Shown here piece after piece: positions 57,567-64,000 of a DNA stretch of 64,000 nt (position 1 is its first letter; each line of letters begins with the position of its first letter). Position numbers and translations under genes: made by a program. This DNA is from a virus (taxonomy: Duplodnaviria; Caudoviricetes): positions 1 through 64,000 of the IMG/VR virus record IMGVR_UViG_3300028591_000139, one strand, 5' to 3'. The notes beneath the pieces were generated by a model. The model was not told where the DNA came from and searched no databases. It saw only the letters and a program-made list of their open reading frames with translations.

Positions 57567-60500
57567 TTAGACATTATTTTGTCTTGCATAGTTTCCATAA
57601 TTAATATTGGAAGCACCAGTGCTGTCATCAATTTTATACTTATTATTAGGAGTTCCTGCTCCATTTGCTGTATATTCTCCGCAATTCCAAATGTTGCTCA
57701 GATATAAGCCATTAAATGTTGAGTCATCTGCTTGGCCTGTTATTTCAACTAATCTAAGGGCGTTTGTATCTGTTATTTCAGAATCATTTGTGCCGCTTAT
57801 GATTAGTTCGCTGTCGCTCATTCCCGGTGTTGTATTACCGTGTGACAGTCTCACATCAACTTTCAATGCGTCATTTTCAATATATACGTGTGATGAAGTT
57901 GTATCGCTTCCATCGAGCATATTATCAACTTTGTCATCCAACGCTTTAACTGCGTTATCCAACAGTTGGTCAGCGTTATATAATGATGTTGCTGCGCTAA
58001 TGACTGAACCGGTACTTGGGTGGTATTCGCAAGTTCCAGAGCCAAATCCTATTCCATTTTCTAAGCAGTTAATCTCATTTGACAAATCGTCAATATCATC
58101 TGTAGCAGCGCTAAGTGAATCTCCAATAACAGACATTATATCATTTGTGTTCTTTATTTCTCTGTCGAGGATAATATCTGCATTATTAAATGACGTAGCG
58201 CTTGCAATATAATTTGTGCCTGCGTTTGCCAAATATCTAAATTCAGTGCCATTATCATTCAATCCGCACTTAGGAACTGACATTCCAAGAACGTTATCTT
58301 GTGTGATATTGAGTTCATTTTGTACGCACTGAGTATCACCGGATGATTCAGTTATTTTGCTTTCCAAGCTTGCTGTATATGAAGAGAGTTCTCTAACGGT
58401 TTGGTCAAGCAAATATGTAGCGTTATTGATATTAGTTGCGTTTGCAATATATGTGCTTCCATTAGGAGCGTGGTAAACAAATCCGGCTCCGCATTCGGGA
58501 ATGCTCTCATTTCCAAACACTGCTTTTTCTACACTTGTAAGTTCAGATTTAACGCACTCACTTGAAGCGGTTGCGGCACTTATTAATGCTCCTGATACAT
58601 ATAAGCCATTGCTAACTATTTTAACGATATTGTCATCAAGATTAGTTAATACAATTCTTCCGCTTAATGTATCACTATATCCACTACCATTAGTGACTTT
58701 AGTTAATTCAATTGCGCTATCTTCTGAAGGATTATCTACAACCCAATCATTGAACAGTTCATTAACAGGAACATTCATTGTATGAGATACGCCATTTGAA
58801 TCGTGGTATGTGATAACCAATACTCTATTAATGCTATCGTATACTATGGTGTCAAGTAATGCGCCTGCGTTAAGTTGTATTTCATCTTGTGCTCCGTTAG
58901 ATGTGATAATACGTATCTTATTAGTGGCCGAGTCATATCCCAATCTTACTGATGCAAATATGCCGGCATTTTCTCCACTAATTTTGATGATATTATCATT
59001 GGAGTTGGCAACTTTAACATTGGCAGTAACCACATTTTCGGCAGATTTATTCAAATCTATTGTTGTGGTATCGTCGAACGTTAATGTGCTAGCGGTTAAT
59101 GTTTCGCTTAATTCCTCATCTTTTGCAATTCTTGCTGCTGTTTCGGCTGAAATTAAGTTTGCGAGCTCAGTTTCTTTAGCGGTTGAGCGGGCGATTTCGC
59201 CGTCAATCTTAGTATTAAGAGTTGTTTCAGCATTGGTTGCGCGTGTGGCTTCATTGCTAATAGCTGTTTGCAGTGCTGTTTCAGCGCTTGAAGCGCGAGC
59301 GATTTCTCCGCTTATTCTATTATCCAAAGCCGTTTCGGCACTAGTGGCACGATTTTCCTCACTACCTATTGCTGTTTGCAGTGCTGACTCTGCGCTTGTT
59401 GCCCTTGAAGTCTCATTGGTTAAAGAAGTTTGCAGTGCGCTCTCTGCACTTGCTGCGCGGCTTGCTTCATTTGTGATAAGTGTATTCAAGTTACTATCTG
59501 CATTATCGCGTAGCACAGCTTCATTGCTTATTCTTTCTTGTAAGAGAGTTTCTGCGTCGGTTGCCCTTGTCACTTCAGCATTTAAGCTATTTGTAATAGC
59601 GCTTTCAGCTTCTTTTGCGCGAGTTATCTCTTCTGTTAAATCATCAGTTAAAGCAGATTCAACATTTTTAGCTCTATTTACTTCATTTTCTAAGTTTGAA
59701 ACGACTGTATTGATTGAAATTTGCAATTCGCTATCTTTTTGAGTTGAGCGAGAAACCTCATTATTGATTTTCGTATCAATGGCTGTTTCTGCATTTGTGG
59801 CACGTGCGCTTTCATTATCAATTGCGGTCTGTAGAGCTGTTTCTGCGCTTAATGCTCTGGTTCTTTCTGTATTAACAGATGTCGTCAAAGCTGCTTCTGC
59901 GTTAGTAGCACGAGAAACTTCTGCTGTCAGTGCTGTTTCTAGGTCTAAGTCTTTATCAGCCGAACGGCTCACTTCTGCGTCTAAATCGTTTCTTAGAGTT
60001 GTTTCAACACCGACGGCACGATTTATTTCAGTATCAAGCTTAGTATTGATAGTTGTTTCGGCATTAGTAGCACGTGTGGTTTCGCTATTAATAGCTGTTT
60101 GCAAAGCAGTTTCAGCACTTATTGCGCGAGTTTTCTCTGTTTGTATATTAGAGGCGTTTGATGTGGCTGATATTGCCAATTCTTCATCTTTAGCGGTAGA
60201 GCGTATGATTTCTGCATCTAATTTATCTTCAATCCTTGTATCTTCTCCTGTGGCTCTACTAATCTCACTTGCCAAATCAGTTGAAAGGGTTCTCTCTGCA
60301 TCAGTTGCTCTACTTACTTCGGCAGTTAATCTGCTGTCTAAAGAGCTTACGTTTGTTTCAAGAGTGCTTGTTCTGTTCTGCAATGCTGTTATATCTGTTG
60401 CATTTTTAGTAATGCCTGATGATGTAACATATAATGTTCCTCCATCATTTACCAATATATTATCATTATGGGTAGAGATAACAACGGCAGCTTTAAGTAT

Positions 60501-63065
60501 GTCTTGTTCAGACGTACCGCTTGCTTTTCTTTCTTTGGTGAGTTGTATCGCTCCTTCGTGTCCATCCCACACTCTCCATTCTGTAATTAAATCGCCAACG
60601 GGAACAACTACGTCAGGTTGTCTCACACCATTTATTGTATATTCAATAATAATAGCTTCTTTTACAGAATCATAATATATTCTATCTACAACAGAATTTG
60701 TTTTTAATTCAATATATTTAACGCCATTTGTAGTTGAGAAAATTAACTCATTTTTACCTGCATTTGGGTCAAAATTATAAGTTAAATCAACGCCTGCATA
60801 AAGTCCATCATTATTAAGTTTAATAATATTTTCTTTACCTGATTCAATTTCAGTACTTAAATTAACTTTAATAACGGGATTTACACTATCTGTATTATCA
60901 ACATCGATTGAATGGTCATTATTAACAATGGAGTCTACTTTGCCGCCTGTATCAGCACTAAGTTCTGCAATTGCTTCATTAATTTCTTGTATTTTGGCGT
61001 CGTGTTCATTATCTTTTTCTATTGAACGGCTTGCCTCATAATTTAAATCATTTCTTAATGAAGTTTCAATGCTTGTGGCTCTTTCAATTTCATCATTTAA
61101 TGAATTTTCTATTTCATTAAACTTATATGTTACAGTTTCATGGCTATCTGTTGAGAATCCTGTACCAATAGTTGTTTCAACGTTGCCTATTTTAACATCA
61201 TGTTCTCCGTCTTTAGTAGTAGAGCGTGAAATCTCTGAAGAAAGTCTTTCATTGATTGAAGCATCTTCATTAACTAAATTGTTGATTTCTGAGGTAACGT
61301 TTGCGCTAAACTCGTTAAATTTATATGTAACGGTTTCATGGCCATCTGTTGAGAATCCTGTACCAATAGTTGTTTCAACATCAGCTATTTTAGCATCATG
61401 TTCATTATCTTTAGCGGTTGAACGTACAATTTCAGTTGCAACTCTTTCGTTTATTGCAGCATCTTCACTAACTAAACTGTTAATTTCAGAAGCAACATTT
61501 CCACTAAATTCATTGAACTTATATGTTATATTCTCATGTGGGTCAGTTGTAAAGCCTGTACCAATAGTATCATTAAATTTATTATCACTTTGTATTCTAT
61601 TAGATATTTCTTCATCTATTTTTTCATCAAGTGATGCGGTAGATGCTGAAAGATTATCTAATACACTTTTAACGGTAGTATCATCTAATGAAGTATATTT
61701 TATATTATCAGATACACCATTTACATATAATGTATGGTCTTTATCTTCCAATATATTATTAGCTCCATTATATATTTTAGCGTCGGCAGAAAGCATATCT
61801 TTTCCGCTTCCAGTACTACGTTGTTTATTAAGTAAAATAGTGTGCCCTTCATTTACAACGTCCCATTCTTCGATAATATCTTTAACAGGTATTTCTACTC
61901 TTTGATAATCACCCTTTTCATCTATATAACGAATAACTAAAACCTCATTGGTTGGGTCATAAGTTATATCATGTAATACCTGAAGGCTATTTAATTCAAT
62001 TTCAGAGGTAATTACACTTTCTGATTCTCCATCGGAATACTTATAGATAAGGGTATTTCTTGTCTTATCATATGTAAGCATTGCTGCGGCAAATATGCCA
62101 TCGTGACGTTTATAAATTAAATTACCGGCACTTGTAGAAATATTAGTATCTATATTATCCAACGCATCTTTAACCGTCAAATCGCTCTTATAATGTATAT
62201 TATCAGCAGTACCTTCAACCACCAAATATCTACCTGTTCCATCTTTATGCAAAATATTATGGGGAACGTGCTCTGCCACTCTAACATCTGCTGTTAAAAG
62301 GTCTTGCCATCCATATATACCTTCATGTGATTCTGTATATGAGCTAACGTGTTCTTTAAATAAAACAACCGGTGTTGTACTTGCTGAACCAACTACGGTC
62401 CACTCATCTATAAGCTTTACAACATCAATTTTAACTTTGGAATCGTCAGCAAGTGTCAACACAATCTCCTCATTGATTTCATCATATTCCCCCTTTTTAA
62501 TATGTTTGTCTTTGGGTAACTCAAATTCCTTGGTAACACCATTAACATTAAACGTTATTGCAAATGTCTCAGGGTCATAATTCATATCAACAAAGGCATA
62601 TAAACCTTTATTTCCCTCAGTCTGTAATATGTTGTAATTAACTGTACCAGCTGTAGAAATTCTATAATCTGCCAATTTAACGTCACCACTTAAAACCGTG
62701 CCATCTTCATTATTGTCTGAAAATAGCTTAACCGTATTGCTCTCCAAAGGAATGACAGTTAATGATTTAATAGCCTCTTCTATTTTCTCATCAAGAGCTT
62801 CTATTTCTTCAGCGGTTTTTTGGGTATCAATAAAGAAAGTTCTATTATTGGCATTAGGCCTTCCATTTCCAACAGAACCAATGGCCAAAATAACATTTGG
62901 CCCCTTGGTAGCATCACTATTTTCATACAGCAAAACCATAGGCTCGGCAACAACCGTTGGTCTTTCAACCACTTGTTTATCAAGCACGTAGTTTATTGCC
63001 TCTTCTCTGGTAGCAAAAACATTTTCATGTTTTACAAATTGTAATCTATCAAATATATTTTCCAT
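57567..63065 (-). CDS. Long fibre-like structural protein with a coiled-coil stalk
   Basis: 1832 aa; 18-aa E..RA..AE..L repeats and repeated beta modules (YD..LVI.Y, IPV.DLI.EW). Confidence 0.65.
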   Translation of the reverse strand: MENIFDRLQFVKHENVFATREEAINYVLDKQVVERPTVVAEPMVLLYENSDATKGPNVILAIGSVGNGRPNANNRTFFIDTQKTAEEIEALDEKIEEAIKSLTVIPLESNTVKLFSDNNEDGTVLSGDVKLADYRISTAGTVNYNILQTEGNKGLYAFVDMNYDPETFAITFNVNGVTKEFELPKDKHIKKGEYDEINEEIVLTLADDSKVKIDVVKLIDEWTVVGSASTTPVVLFKEHVSSYTESHEGIYGWQDLLTADVRVAEHVPHNILHKDGTGRYLVVEGTADNIHYKSDLTVKDALDNIDTNISTSAGNLIYKRHDGIFAAAMLTYDKTRNTLIYKYSDGESESVITSEIELNSLQVLHDITYDPTNEVLVIRYIDEKGDYQRVEIPVKDIIEEWDVVNEGHTILLNKQRSTGSGKDMLSADAKIYNGANNILEDKDHTLYVNGVSDNIKYTSLDDTTVKSVLDNLSASTASLDEKIDEEISNRIQSDNKFNDTIGTGFTTDPHENITYKFNEFSGNVASEINSLVSEDAAINERVATEIVRSTAKDNEHDAKIADVETTIGTGFSTDGHETVTYKFNEFSANVTSEINNLVNEDASINERLSSEISRSTTKDGEHDVKIGNVETTIGTGFSTDSHETVTYKFNEIENSLNDEIERATSIETSLRNDLNYEASRSIEKDNEHDAKIQEINEAIAELSADTGGKVDSIVNNDHSIDVDNTDSVNPVIKVNLSTEIESGKENIIKLNNDGLYAGVDLTYNFDPNAGKNELIFSTTNGVKYIELKTNSVVDRIYYDSVKEAIIIEYTINGVRQPDVVVPVGDLITEWRVWDGHEGAIQLTKERKASGTSEQDILKAAVVISTHNDNILVNDGGTLYVTSSGITKNATDITALQNRTSTLETNVSSLDSRLTAEVSRATDAERTLSTDLASEISRATGEDTRIEDKLDAEIIRSTAKDEELAISATSNASNIQTEKTRAISAETALQTAINSETTRATNAETTINTKLDTEINRAVGVETTLRNDLDAEVSRSADKDLDLETALTAEVSRATNAEAALTTSVNTERTRALSAETALQTAIDNESARATNAETAIDTKINNEVSRSTQKDSELQISINTVVSNLENEVNRAKNVESALTDDLTEEITRAKEAESAITNSLNAEVTRATDAETLLQERISNEAVLRDNADSNLNTLITNEASRAASAESALQTSLTNETSRATSAESALQTAIGSEENRATSAETALDNRISGEIARASSAETALQTAISNEATRATNAETTLNTKIDGEIARSTAKETELANLISAETAARIAKDEELSETLTASTLTFDDTTTIDLNKSAENVVTANVKVANSNDNIIKISGENAGIFASVRLGYDSATNKIRIITSNGAQDEIQLNAGALLDTIVYDSINRVLVITYHDSNGVSHTMNVPVNELFNDWVVDNPSEDSAIELTKVTNGSGYSDTLSGRIVLTNLDDNIVKIVSNGLYVSGALISAATASSECVKSELTSVEKAVFGNESIPECGAGFVYHAPNGSTYIANATNINNATYLLDQTVRELSSYTASLESKITESSGDTQCVQNELNITQDNVLGMSVPKCGLNDNGTEFRYLANAGTNYIASATSFNNADIILDREIKNTNDIMSVIGDSLSAATDDIDDLSNEINCLENGIGFGSGTCEYHPSTGSVISAATSLYNADQLLDNAVKALDDKVDNMLDGSDTTSSHVYIENDALKVDVRLSHGNTTPGMSDSELIISGTNDSEITDTNALRLVEITGQADDSTFNGLYLSNIWNCGEYTANGAGTPNNKYKIDDSTGASNINYGNYARQNNV
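61100..61580 (-). repeat. Tandem 198-bp (66-aa) coding repeats, about 2.5-3 copies
   Basis: TIGTGFxTDxHExxTYKFNE recurs; CCTGTACCAATAGT spaced 198 bp apart. Confidence 0.85.
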
Positions 63066-63091
63066 TTTAATACATGTTTTCTTTTTTTATG

Positions 63092-64000
63092 TTAAAAATT
63101 ACCAAAATCCGCATTTAATCTAATGGGAATATCATTAGTACCATCTTTTGAATATAATATCATTCCGCCATTTACATTCATTACATAATATTTAACGCCA
63201 TCTATTTCCTTAATAGCACCTTCCGGAATATTTACATTCTTTGGATTACTTGGGTCATCAATTATCTCATTCTCAATTCTCTTTTCTTCAGCTTTGGCTC
63301 TGTCAACCTCTTCATGCAATTCTTCCAAGATTTGTTCGTCAGCACTTTCCCTGTCAGAAGATTCTTGATGTATGGCATCCCATAATTGATTGTCAACCTC
63401 AGTTCTTGCAGATGCTTCATTTTCGATAGCCTCCCACAGCTGATTATCAACATCGGTTCTTGCAGATGCCTCTTCTTCAATCTTTTCAAATAATTCAGCC
63501 TCCACGGATTGCGCTCTCTCAGCCTCTTGATTTATAGCACCCCAAAGTTGATTGTCAACCTCAGTTCTTGCAGATGCTTCATTTTCAATGGCTTTCCATA
63601 GTTGATTATCAACATCGGTTCTTGCAGATGTTTCAGCATCAATAGCTGCCCATAAATCCTGCTCAACAGTTTGCGCTCTTTCAGATTCTTGGTTTATGGC
63701 ATCCCATAATTGCTGTTCAACGTCCTGTGCCCTAGTTGCTTCGGTTTCTATCTCCTCTTGAAGAATAGCATCAGCTGCTTCACGTTCGTTTTTCTCCTGT
63801 TCATCGGCTGATATTCTATTTTCAATTTCTTCATTCAAGGTTTCCATTATCTCCGTATCGGCAGAAATTCTTTCTTCCCTTTCCTCTTCAATTAATGGAA
63901 CTATCCTATCAATAACACGCTCAACTATAGTGTCATCGGCATTAACCAAAATTTGGTTGCAATTATCCTCTGTATAAACCTTATACTCAATATTATACTG
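63092..64000 (-). CDS. Acidic coiled-coil fibre-like protein, 5' end outside the window
   Basis: Frame is open from 64000 (QYNIEYKVY...); 18-aa repeats E..ART.VDNQLW.AI. Confidence 0.65.
   Translation of the reverse strand, partial: QYNIEYKVYTEDNCNQILVNADDTIVERVIDRIVPLIEEEREERISADTEIMETLNEEIENRISADEQEKNEREAADAILQEEIETEATRAQDVEQQLWDAINQESERAQTVEQDLWAAIDAETSARTDVDNQLWKAIENEASARTEVDNQLWGAINQEAERAQSVEAELFEKIEEEASARTDVDNQLWEAIENEASARTEVDNQLWDAIHQESSDRESADEQILEELHEEVDRAKAEEKRIENEIIDDPSNPKNVNIPEGAIKEIDGVKYYVMNVNGGMILYSKDGTNDIPIRLNADFGNF
63380..63740 (-). repeat. 54-bp coding repeats with a 162-bp higher-order duplication
   Basis: TGATTGTCAACCTCAGTTCTTGCAGATGCTTCATTTTC at 63387 and 63549. Confidence 0.85.

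Noticed and set aside
57607-61905. Long plus-strand ORFs opposite the fibre gene, and similar ones opposite TMP, uvsX and SSB
   Set aside because: Antisense shadows of repetitive or biased coding sequence, with no recognisable motifs.
1-64000. Alternative genetic code (TAG reassigned) as in some gut megaphages
   Set aside because: Multi-kilobase genes are uninterrupted in the standard code and TAG occurs at natural gene ends (808, 1928, 55906).
1-64000. tRNA or rRNA genes
   Set aside because: No cloverleaf or T-loop signatures noticed in the short intergenic spaces; a tRNAscan run would be needed to exclude them fully.

Overview
This window is a 64-kb segment of an AT-rich, T4-like contractile-tailed jumbo phage using the standard genetic code. 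Repeated TAnnTTTG promoter boxes suggest a Bacteroidota host. It carries a replication/recombination cluster (UvsX/RecA, gp32-like SSB, thymidine kinase, SNF2 helicase, family B DNA polymerase) and most of a tail/neck module. That module comprises gp13-, gp14- and gp15-like proteins, the sheath, a tube-like protein, a gp26-like chaperone, the tape measure protein, baseplate proteins, a 2376-aa hub with two peptidoglycan hydrolases, and coiled-coil fibres. An intact IS605-type tnpA/tnpB element and an unusually dense set of free-standing endonucleases with zinc-ribbon repeat arrays are also present. The standout is a fractured DNA polymerase gene, split inside catalytic motif C (VGD|TDG) by a naturally split intein. 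The N-half (IntN, 184 aa) starts with Ser and the C-half (IntC, 34 aa) ends Ser-Asn before Thr. The halves are separated by a repeat-array endonuclease fused to a Mom/GNAT-like domain, plus the probable fossil tail of an earlier endonuclease. Active polymerase should therefore require protein trans-splicing. All annotations come from visual motif recognition; no database searches were run.
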